Shown in pieces: positions 12,763 to 23,646 of a stretch of DNA of 64,000 nucleotides. The first letter of the stretch is position 1. Each line of letters opens with the position of its first letter. Source of the stretch: Squalus acanthias (taxonomy: Eukaryota); contig CM059431.1 of assembly GCA_030390025.1 (NCBI GenBank), positions 143,904,001 to 143,968,000 on the forward strand, given 5' to 3'. A program made the position numbers and the translations under genes. Below the pieces are notes generated by a model, which saw only the letters and a program-made list of their open reading frames with translations, had not been told where the DNA came from and did no database searches.

Positions 12763-14712
12763 TGTAAGGAGTATCTTAAGTGGGGTCAGCCTCCAGTTTC
12801 TGACACAGTGAGCGGTTCGAATCACTGCAACACCCCTCCGGTTCCTAGACTTTGGGCTTATTTAGGGGTTGTGAACAAAATTGCAGTAAACAGGTTCTGA
12901 TGAAAGAAATTTACTTTATTAAAAGAAAAAAAAGGTAACAAACTTGAAACACACTTATTACTTAAACACAGATTCGGGAAACACACGGTACAAGCGAGGG
13001 AAATGACAATATATCAAACAAAACCTTATCCCTCCCAAAGATCCCACTATCTGGCTAGGTTTTTGGTTTCAGGATATCAGGGATAATGCTCACCAACGAA
13101 TCCTTGACAGGATATTAGAGTCTTTTGTTTGAAAGGACTCCGTCAGGCCCTTGGTGCTGCGAGGTGTCTGATGGCCACTGCGGCAGTCGCCCTGGTTCCT
13201 TCTTGCTTTGGCCTTCTTCCTCGTGGCTTGGGTAAGTTTTGCTGGAGCAGGGAGAGAGCTCTGTCCGCATCGCCAGTCAGTCCAAAAAGAGAGAGCGAGA
13301 TTATGGCACAGGCTTTCAAATTATACCATTTCTTTTTCGCGCTCAAAAACCCCTTACTAAAACGAATTCCTTTTTGAATGTAAATGACTTTTGCTTCGTC
13401 CAATTGTCTAGTTTTAGGCGGGCTTGCCAGTTCCGATGGTTTTTGCTTAGTGTTAATCGCTTTCCGATTTAAACACCGCCTTATCTACGCGCCAAATCTC
13501 CACCTATTGTTCTTCTGTTGGCGGGCTTTTAAATCTGTTCTCTGGTAACCTGGTTGATTGTTTTTTTTGATTGGATAATGGCTATGAAACTGTGTGATCG
13601 AAGTTATAATGGCCCAGAAATTAAACAGTGAGTGTTCCCGCGGGGGTAAGGATTCCCCACGATATCGCACTCCGCAGCCTACCTTTTTGCTCCGGGCCCA
13701 CACGGACTTTAGTTTGAAAGGCTCCCTCTCTTGGAACCGTGCAGTGCTTGCGTGATCCAGAGACGCAATTAGTTCGTGCGAGCTCTGGGATCACGTGATT
13801 CAGTTAGAGCCAATGGCAGCACACCATCTTTCAGTCATAGATTTGACAGGAAGACCTGTCAAAGCTATGAATACTACACGCCCCCAAAAGAACAGCTAAA
13901 CCTCAATTACATTTTTTAAAAAAGCCATCACATTAATAAAATAAGTATAGTTAAATAAATTAACCACTTTAAACAAAAAATTTAATTTTTGAAAAAATTT
14001 AAAATTCTTTTTAAAAGTTATAAAAATAAACTTACCTTTCTTTAAAGTCTCTAAAAAAGATAAAACTGTTGAAAAAAATTTAAAATAACACTTAATTAAA
14101 TACTTACCTTGTTAAAAGGGGGTCCTACGCCTGCTTTCTTTATGTGTAAAATCTTCACCACTTACCTGCGCGTTCAAAGCTGAAAAAATAACTAAGTGCA
14201 CAGCCTGTAGCGCGCATGCGGTTCACTTAGGAACCACCCTCTTTTGAATTCACGAAGTGCCGGTTTCCCGCGCATGCGCAGTGCATGCAGGAAACCGGCA
14301 ATTGGAGACCTAATACGCGAGAGTACACATTGCGTATTCTCGCGTATTAGGTCTAATTTTCGGGCCATTGTCATTGAATCGTTTTTAGATTTCCAGCATC
14401 TTGTTTGCCCCTGGGGATCCATTATTGAATGTGTTTGTGAGTTTTGCTATTGTTTCAAACAATTCCCAGACAGCTTGATCTGTTCACTGACCGGCCACGC
14501 CCATCGCAACTTGAGTCTGTGAAAAAAATGTCTCTCCCAACAATAAGATTAAAAAAAAATCAGTTTCCTCAGGTTTTCTTCTTGTGATCTTTCTGTTTTT
14601 ACATCAAATCTCTTCACCTGAGGTCCCATCATCCCAAGTTTGTATGAAAAGTCCAAAAATCACTCCCTTTAGGGCTCTGTTCGAGTTTCTGGGGGATTTT
14701 GCGAAGCCTACA
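12763..14712 (-). mobile_element. 3' LTR of provirus copy 2 (with 756-bp insertion)
   Basis: Near-identical to 23647-24844 apart from the insertion at 13611-14366; preceded on the minus strand by PPT aaagtgggaa (14713-14722). Confidence 0.95.
13611..14366. mobile_element. Non-autonomous TIR element (MITE, probably Harbinger-type) inside the 3' LTR
   Basis: Termini ggcccagaaatta...taattttcgggcc; flanked by AAT/ATT; absent from the 5' LTR (empty site gttatattgtca, ~24495-24506). Confidence 0.85.
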
Positions 14713-14994
14713 TTCCCACTTTGATACTAACACTGAATTAGTATCATTAACAGGTGAGCAAAATTTCCGATCCCCGAAAACCAACTTTCCCCTGCATTAC
14801 CTAAACTAAAAACCCAACCATTCATTCCTCTTTTGAAAGTGGTGTTTCAGGTACATACATGTAAGAATCAATCTTTATTTCACACCAAGCACGGAGAGGG
14901 TCCGACACCCCTGCACAGCTTGGAAAAAACACATCATACACATCATAAAAATGACACAACACACATACAATTTTTTTTTATTAAAAGACAAAAT

Positions 14995-17346
14995 TCAAGG
15001 TTCGTTCCATCCCTGGCCATAGCCTTTATTTTGATGCACTTCCCAAGTCCCTTCGTGTCTGGAGCGGAGCTCCCCGTCCCTTCCCCTGCACTTTGTACAC
15101 AGCAGGTAGAGAACTATCCCGAGCTGGCAGACCACCAAAAGATGGGAAGCCATCCTGATCCAGGACGGCACCTCTATATTCTCGAAAATATCCCACCAGG
15201 GTGGAACTACTATATCCAAAATCTCTGCCCCTATTTCAACTGTTTTCTGTTCCAGGGTGTAGAAATGGTTTCGTGAAATCTCTACAGCTTTAAGTAGGAT
15301 GGTAAGATGTTCGGGTAGAGGGGGAATTTTATATCCAAAGTAAGTCACATACTTTTGCAGGTTGGTGATGTTTTCTGTTACAGTGAGGTGAACAGTGGAG
15401 TGTTCAGGAATGGGGACAATCCGTTCCTGGGCCACTTGAACTTCTGCCTTGGGTTTAAAGCAGAAACTGCTGTCACTTACCAGACACCAGAAGTGTCCAT
15501 GCTGGTAGTGGGACGCACCTGTGGTGACACAATATGTCCCACCCCCTATATATGCTACCTATGGGGAAACATGGCCGTCTGCCATCACCTCCATGGTACA
15601 ATTGAAAGGTCGTGCGCCAGCAGCTTTAAACCCGCACTGTGGTTTGGAATAGGCGTTCAAGTGCTGGGGACACAGTATTATGTGTGAACCGCGGCTCCGG
15701 CACCGGAGAGGTCAGTACCTGTCATGGCGTGCTCCCACTTGATGACAAAAGGTGGGACCGCTGTAAAACGGATGTGTGCACCCCCTTGAATGACTTCAAT
15801 GTTCTCCACCCTGTATACCGGTACGGGTCGGGCTGTCCCACTCATAACCGGCTTTCTCACTACTATCCCCATGATAGTGTGATTTGAACGCCCACAATCT
15901 ATTGGGACAGGGTAGGCTTCAGAGGCTAGACGAAATTGGCATGGGCTCAGCGAAGTACTAATCGGGTGGAGGGCTGCAAGGTGCTTGTTGCTGATCCAGG
16001 AGGGGACTAAACCTTGCTTTAAATCCTCCAGGTTGCTACGGCCCTCGCCCAGCAAGCATGCCCCGTACAGCACACACACCTCATTCTGTGCAGCCTGATC
16101 CGATGCATTCCTATCCTCCTGTATGGGTGCATTTACTGTTTTGGCATGCCTTTCCAATTCTGCAATACTTTCCTTTAAATGAACCGTCATAGCTTGGTCC
16201 TCATGTAGCTCTGAGCCTACCACTGTGTTCCATCCTTCAGCTTCTTTCTTAACTGGGTTTTTAAACCATTTATCTGTGTCTGTAATTCCATGTCATCCAG
16301 GCTCTTTATTACAGAGGACCCTGCACTATAGGCAGTGAAGACATCATTCCAGGCTCCCCTTCTTTGTCTACCCGTGCCCATAGGGTTCTCAGGGTGTATT
16401 CTGTATAGCTCTACTTTGTCTATATTGGCAAAATCAAATTCGTAAAATTCCCTAAACATTTCCTTTAGCAGGGCCTGGTACAGCTGCTCCGTTTCCTTAG
16501 GACACCACTCAGGTAAGTATACCTCGGTAAGGTTTAATATTACTGAAGCTACTGCATAGTGTACCCCCTGGTATAGTAGCTTTTCGGTTGGTACTCGGAC
16601 TAACCCATTCCCTGGACCATTGGTGCTGGTAGGGCACTTTTCTTCCAGGGTTTTCGCTACCTGGGTCGTGGGTAGGGGCTTTCGAGTGTGTGCCACGAGT
16701 TCAGAGGCATTAACTGGGACCGGAATGTGTGGGACCACGCACCCATGCAGGCTAGAATCCCACCCTATCCCCTCCCCGGCATCTTGCCATTGGCTGGAGA
16801 AGATGATGGATACCCCTGTGGGGCAGGCTTCCTCTGATCCCCACATACAAACATAGACTCCCTGTTCCGACTCCCACCACTTATTCCAGCAAACACTAAC
16901 TCCTCCTTGGGTCCCTGTGATTGTCCGGTTGGTGTCGTTCCCTAATCTTTCCCAGTCGGCTGTATGGTCCCCTGCGTCCCTGCTCAGCTTCCTGAGCCAA
17001 CACCACCTATTCAAGGGAATTCGTCCCTTACAGGTAAGGCACACACGCTTCCCCTCGGTGACACTGACCCTTGTGGCAACGACCTGTATTCTGGGGCATG
17101 GGAGGGAGGCCTTCCCGTACGTGAACCCGGGCTGGTTGTAGTATTTAGTAGAGTTGGACCCCAGCCACCCTGGCCACCTTCCCTCGTGGAAGTAGATGGC
17201 GAGCTCCTTCACTCCCCGCTCGCCACCCCTGCGTTGACGACTGGTGCTCTCACTCCTGAGCACCCATAGATGTGGGAGTCCTCCACGTCACCTCGGTCAC
17301 CGATGCTCACCCCTACCAGGGCGAGCAGGAGCAGAAACCTTGTCAT
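14995..17346 (-). pseudogene. env: env glycoprotein (signal peptide, Ig-like module, furin site, heptad repeat, Cys-rich region, TM); frameshifted
   Basis: ATG at 17346 gives MTRFLLLLALVGVSIG. ORF pieces 16217-17263, 15678-16223 and 14995-15435. RQRR|GAWNDVFTAYSAGSSV at 16358-16369; DLSGC..ILCPQ..CGF..NCTMEV..YCVTT..FCF; PPWWDIF followed by a hydrophobic TM. Confidence 0.85.
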
Positions 17347-17359
17347 CCCGAAGTCGTTT

Positions 17360-17382
17360 CTGTAGGGGCACACACAAAACAT
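17360..17382 (-). promoter_or_regulatory. Putative env splice acceptor
   Basis: Minus strand gttttgtgtgtgcccctacAG lies 13 nt upstream of the signal-peptide ATG. Confidence 0.6.
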
Positions 17383-17919
17383 ATATCCACTTCCCAGAAA
17401 GGTTCTCTGGCTGGATAATTAATCAAGCCCTTCAACTTAAAAAAAAAACTCTACAAACAACTAAACTAATGATAACCATAACCACCAAAACTGCAATTAC
17501 TTAAAACCGGAAATTCTGTACATTTGCCCCCCGTCTCCGGACGGCCAGGTTAAATCCTGTTTAGTCTCTGCCTTATGTGGCCTCTGGATGGCTTGTACAC
17601 CTGGGTGTAGTGCGGCCTGTACCGCCGGACCCAGAAGGCCTTCCTCAAAACCGCTGGGGGTATCTTAACATCCCAGCTGCGTCCTGTACTGCAGCACACT
17701 ACCCCCTTTTGTGTGGCTGCAGCACCCTCGTTCATATCTGTGGGCTCCTCCCAGCCTGAGGCTGCAGGCGGGGGACACTTCTCTCTCTCTTCTTCCAGTA
17801 CTACCTCTCCTATGAAAACCTCACTGCTGGAGACTATAGGCTGGGAATCCCCAACTTTAGAACGCTCCCTGCTCTTGGGCGCTCTTTTTCGGGTTGTAAC
17901 CCTCTTTGGGTGGGACCCT

Positions 17920-20900
17920 CTAAACAGATACACCTGTGGCCACAGTAGCCTTTGCTGTGGTGTGCGGGGAGACCTTCTTAGGGCTCTGGCCACTGGGGGT
18001 GTGCTTGAGTCCCACATAATCGGTGGAGTGACCTCTCCTGTGAGACAACACACTGCCCTCTCGCTGCAGCTTGTACGTCTGCCACAGCTGCGGCTGGCTG
18101 CGGATTTCTATCTTGGGGCCATTCAGCTTTGGCGGTTGTTCCCTTTTAGGTTTAAATAGTTTGCATTGGTTGATGTGAAACCACTTTGTACGGCGGGGCA
18201 TCTTTATGGCATAGACCATGGGGCTTGCCTTGTCTACAATGTTGTAGGGCCCCATGTACAATGGTTCGAAACTCCCTACCCGGGCAAAATTTCTCACCAT
18301 GACCTGATCTCCAACCTCCCACTCGTGGTGCTTGCGGGTTTCCAGCAGCAATGGCTTACCCCGATGCTGTTTTCCCATGTTACTCGCAGCCTGCCAGTGG
18401 ACCTGTTTAAGGTGGTCCAACAGATTGCTGACGAATCTGTCCCGGTTCAACTCCCTGAGCTGCCCTTCCGTGAGCACCGGGGCTAGCACATGGGTGGGGT
18501 CCGCATAATCCTGCCAGTCATGAGCTGGTGTGGGGAATACCCCGTGCTTTTTCACTGGCTGGCCCGGATCCCCATTAGAACCAACGGTAAGGCTTCTATC
18601 CACTTTTTGGGTGAGTTTCCCATCTCCTTTCGCAGCCTTTCCTTGATGGTACGGTTTAAACGCTCCACAATCCCTGATGACTGTGGGTTGTGGGCGACGT
18701 GCCATTTCCCTTCTATGCCGAGTACCCTGAGGGTCTCTTGCATGACCTGCCCAGTAAAGTGACTCCCCTGGTCTGACTCCACATACTGTGGAAGCCCCCA
18801 CCGTGAGAACACTACCCTGACCAGAATCCTGGCTGTACCCAAAGCGGTAGCTGTTCGACATGGAAAAGCTTCCACCCACTTTGAGAACACATCCACCAGG
18901 ACTAGGCAGTATTTGTAGCCTCGCTGAGCGGTGGGTAGGGGCCCGATGTAGTCGACCTGGATCGACTGCCATGGTCCCTCTACCCTCCTGATGTGTCCCA
19001 TATATACCTTCCTTTTCTGGGGGTCAGGGTTGTTGGCAGCACACACCAGACAGCCTGCACAGAACTCGCGGACATCCTCCCTCAGTCCTGGCCACCATCC
19101 TGCCTGTTCCACCCGCTGCCAGGTGGTCTCAGGCCCGGGATGCCCCGCTCCTGGTCCCGCATGGGCCAGTTGGAGGAATTCCCTTCGGTGCTGCTGCGGC
19201 ACTACCTATTGTTCCCCCCTGAATAGCGTGCCTTCTTTGTGGGTGATGGCTGCTGCGCCGTATGGGCCCTCTACCTTCTCTCCTCTAGCCAGCGTTTCCA
19301 GGACAGTTTTTAGGATGGGATCCTGTGCCTGGACCGTCTTTAGGTCCGGGGTCAATGCTACCCCTGCACTCCGTTGGGTCCCTCCTCTACCTCTGATTGC
19401 TGCACCGGGTTTGATCCATATGGATCCCACAACGTGCCTGTACTGGCGCCCTCTTTGGCCAGAATGTCGGCTTGGTGATTGCCCTCTGCGCGGGGCTCTA
19501 ACTTGGAATGTGCCTTCACCTTTTGGATGTAGACCCTACCTTCCTCCCTGACTGCCCTCATGATTTTCTCCAACAGAGGCTTGATGGCCAGGCGTCTCCC
19601 ATCAGCGGAGGTGTATCCACGACGGGACCAGATGGCCAGGTACTCTGTACACGAATTGCATGTGAACACGCTGTCGGAGCAAATAATGTATGGGGTAGGG
19701 AATTCCTCGGGGTGTGTGACTACATACACCACCGCAGACAGTTCAGCCTGCTGGGCACTCATGGTGCTGGGGAGCTTGATTGCCAGAGCAATGCCTGTCT
19801 CTGGGTCATAAATCCCACACCCTGTGAGTCGTTTTCCAGCTGATGCTGTGCTTGAACCGTCCACATATATTTCGCGGCCTGTGGGGTGTATCCCACCTCG
19901 CAAACCTATGTTGACTTCCCATACACCTTCAACCGAACACCGGTGGGCTGTCCCTGAGTAAATCATGTTAGCTGCGAGCTTTGGCTCGCAGAGACCTTTT
20001 ACCCTCAGATCCATTTGTGAGAGAAGCAGGGTCCAGCGAGCAATGCGGGCATTGCTCACTGTCCCATCATTAATTCTCCCATCCAAGAGCATCTGGGTGG
20101 GCGTGTGGTGAGTGAGGAGTGTGATGGGAGAGGTGCCTGTGAAGACCAATGATCTTTTCACAGCCCAGTGAGTGGCTAGGAGGTGCCTCTCACAGTTGGA
20201 GTAGCTCCTCTCCACATCAGTGAGTATTCTGGAGGAGTAAACAGCTGGTCTCAGCTTGCCATGCCTCTCTTGGAGCAGTACTGCACTCAGACTGTCCCCA
20301 CTGGCTGCTACCTCCAGAAAAAAACTCTTTCCCTCCATCAATGGCCCCTAGAGCCGGAGCGGTCTGCAGATCTCTCTTGAGTTTCACAAAGGCAGCCTCG
20401 CAACCCTCATCCAAAACCCACTCCCCTCCCTTGTGTAGGAGTCGGAGCAGAGGGGCTGCTGTGGCTGCGTAATCCTCAATGAAATCTCTGCAGTACCCAG
20501 TTAGCCCTAGAAAAGACCTTACTCCTGTAACTTTGTTGGGGGCTGGTAACTCCTGAACTGCTTCCCTTCTAGCTTTGTCAATGGTCCTCTCCCCTGCTCG
20601 CACAGCCAGGCCCAGGAATTTAACATCCCGCTGGCCAATCTGTGCCTTCTTGGGGTTTACTTTAAAGCCTTCTTGCTTGAGCAGTTCCAGCAGTTCTGCC
20701 AGAAGGGGACCATGTTCCTCTCCCTCATCGGTAAAGAGGAGTAGGTCGTCCACATACTGGACCAGCTGATGGGGCCTGCTGAAGCCCATCAAGCAATTCG
20801 CCATACATTGGTGAAAAATGCTTGGGCTGTTGTGGAAATCCTGGGGCAGACAGTTCCATGTGTACTGTGGGCCTTTAAATGTAAAGGCGAACTTGTACTG

Positions 20901-21820
20901 ATCCTCTCTCCTTAGAGGGATGGACCAGAACCAGTTGGAAATATCCAGCACTGTAAAGATATTCGCAGATGCTGGGATACTTCCAATGAGGTCGGCTACG
21001 GCTGCAACCGTGGGGGCACAGGCGGGGATGTTTCGGTTGAGTACTCGATAGTCCACTGTGGCCGTCCAGGAGTTGTCTGGTTTTCTAACCGGCCACAGTG
21101 GGGAGTTCACGTGGGTGACTATAGGTCTCAATACCCCCTGCTTGAGTAAAGAAGTCAAAGCCGTTTCCAAGTCTGTCTCAGCTTCCCTGGGGAAGTTATA
21201 CTGCTTTTGTGGGCGGTTCATGGGGTCCCCACTTACACTAACCTCGACCCCGGTTACCCTCCCACAGTCGTGCTTGTGAGTGGCAAATGCTGCGAGGTTT
21301 TCCTGCACAAATTCCTGGTACTCCATTGGAGTGTTACTGACCATGAGTTCGAGGTCGTAACCCTCCTTTGGTTTTACTTTGCACAAGGTCCCCTTGCCTT
21401 GTGCCTCCGGGATGACTGCTACATCAGTACCTTTTGGGTACATGCTCCCCATAGACAGTGGTTCCTTAAATCCACTAAAATCCTGTGGCCTGTGATAAAA
21501 TCGGCCCCCAGGATCCCCTGCCCTTCTTGCTCCCACTTCATTAGGACACAGGTCCACTTGGTGTGGAGCGTTCCCAAATGAATGGAAAGCGGGATGGAGA
21601 ATGAGCCAGCCTGCTCGTTACCTGTGAATCCCACTAGGCTGTACGGGACCCCGTTAGACAGAGGTGAAGTGGCTGCGTTATCTGAATAAATGAGGGTGCT
21701 CGAAGCTCCTGTGTCTAACAGATAGGTCCCTTCTACCTTTTCTACCTCCATCTTAACATGCGGTCTCTTCCAGGCATCATACTCGACGGGACACAGGTAG
21801 ACCGGCTGTGCTAGCTCCAG
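17920..21820 (-). pseudogene. pol: pol: protease, RT, degenerate RNase H (tether), RNase H, integrase; frameshifted
   Basis: PR LLDTGAS...GILGADF; RT WPVRK, VLDISN, LPQDFHNSP, YVDDLL; tether LEVAAS/CERHLLA/THH; RH YVDGSS/AELSAV/CSDS/NHQAD; IN H-H-C-C, VDYIGP, SDQG, GIVER, GPY. Confidence 0.92.
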
Positions 21821-23644
21821 TCATGCCTCTGGGTTGGGTGGGGCAGATGGGATCAGAGAGCCAGTGGCTGTAGCCACCTTCCCTGGGCCATCAAACAGGT
21901 CTATGCTGGCCGCTACTATTGTGTCCAGTGTGGGGGAACAGGTCGGTGCCTCAACTTTTGGGGCAGGAGTTGGTGACGTCTTTGCTAGGCTATCCTTCCA
22001 GGGATTCCTACTGTCCTTTCTCCAGTGCCCAGTCTTCCCGCACCCGAAGCAGCTACGCTTCGTGTCGGAAGGTTTACCACCTTCCTGGTGCCACTCCTTC
22101 TTATCCTGGCTGGGCTTTATCTCATGCACCTTCCCTTTCGGTGGGGTGTCTTCTGCTCCCCTACCGTTCCGGTAGGGTAGTGTCAGTTGCCTGACCACTG
22201 CCTCCTCGGTGACCCGGGGATCTCTTGTGTCAAACCAAAGCTCAGACTTGGCTTTTACTCGTGGCAAGCTGTTTGCCACTAGGCTACGGACCAAGTGGGC
22301 CAGCTCGTCCCTGTTCAGGTTAGCCCGGTCGAGAGCCCCATTACAAGCACCCCTGTACACCGGCCACAGCCTGTCTGCGAAAGCCTGTGGCATCTCCCCT
22401 GCGAGCTGCACTGTTTTCTCCACCCGGGAGAAAGGACTTCCCTCATTCATTCCCATGGCCTCTAATACTTCCTCCCTTACGGCAGCATACCCGGTCTGTC
22501 CTCTCTTGCTCTCAGCAGAGAGTGTCTGGTAGAAATTGCCATCTCATGAGAACAGGAGCAATTTTGCCATTTCGGCATCGTCACAATCGTTTATGGCTGC
22601 TGATTGTTCCACCTCCATGAAGTGGACTGAGGGGTCTTCCTTTTGGGTAAGTTTACTCAGGTGGCTTACCATAGCTCTAAGCTGTTGTGTACCGTGGGGA
22701 GCCAAGAACTGACTTTCAAGGGGTCCCTGACCTCCACCACCGGCGGGCGGGCCGAATTTTTGCTGTCGTGCTGGGCACATTCGTCCTGGCTCCGACTTCT
22801 CCTGCATCGGTTCGCCCCCCTCTCCCTGCTGCCAGACCGAGTCAAAACTCGGCGCCACAGGTGCTGGTGTGCACTCCCTGTCAGCCTCACAGATTGTCTG
22901 CACCTCCTGCTGCCTAACCAAGCTTCTCCTTGGCGCCACAGGTGGTGTTCTAACAGTCTCCCCCTGCTCTTCCAGGTCTGCCTGGGCCGCACCCGGACTT
23001 ATCCGGCACAGCATGCCTTTCGTCTTGGACAGAGCAAGGTTCAGACTCTCAATCTGCTTCTGACAGGGGCCGTGGTCCCCTACCTCAAACGCCGTTGTAC
23101 TGGCTACTCTATAGGCTGCCTGAACATCGTTTAACTTCTCTCTGAGTTCCCGTAATTGCTTTGCAAGGCGGGTGTTCTCTTCCCGCAATGCCAGTTCACT
23201 ACTTTTGGCCTCGGTGGCCTGACACTCGAGGTATCACTTACTGGCACGGTGTTCCTCCAGCATCTGTGACTGTTCCTGATCTTTTGTGCCGAGCTCTGCT
23301 AACAACCTATCCCCTGCTATAGCACTGGCACGGGACAGTTGGCTTTCTTCCGTTAGCTCTTCTGTGAGAGCATGAATGAGCTTCCCCATAAGCTGCATTT
23401 GTTTCTGGGAGCAGACCAACCATATGGCTTTCTCCACAGACTTATTGTATTCCTTGCTCTCAGTCCATGCAGCTGCAGCGTCCATAGGACGTTCAGCATG
23501 CAACAGCCTGAGGACCCATTTCTTGGTGTTATTTACTTTTTTATATACATAGGATGACATCCTCTCTTCCATTTTTGTTCTCTCCTCAAAACCAGCATTT
23601 ACTGCTTCACAACCCTTTCGCCAAAGTCCTGCCGCGGTCGCCAT
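21821..23644 (-). pseudogene. gag: gag: N-terminal coiled coil, capsid-like region, zinc knuckle; two internal TGA stops
   Basis: ORFs 23234-23644, 22544-23188 and 21821-22456 share one frame; heptad-rich REENTRLAKQLRELREKL; knuckle CFGCGKTGHWRKDS with the last Cys replaced by Ser. Confidence 0.88.
23626..23643 (-). promoter_or_regulatory. Primer-binding site complementary to tRNA-Arg(TCG)
   Basis: Plus strand gtcctgccgcggtcgcca equals the 3' 18 nt (with CCA) of vertebrate tRNA-Arg-TCG as I recall it; 3 nt from the 5' LTR. Confidence 0.85.
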
Positions 23645-23646
23645 TC

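Noticed and set aside
17228..17239. A second RQRR furin site near the start of ORF 16217-17263 (RSV-like double cleavage)
   Set aside because: Probably lies upstream of the frameshift joining the signal-peptide frame to this frame, so it may not be in the real protein; cannot be resolved without a consensus.
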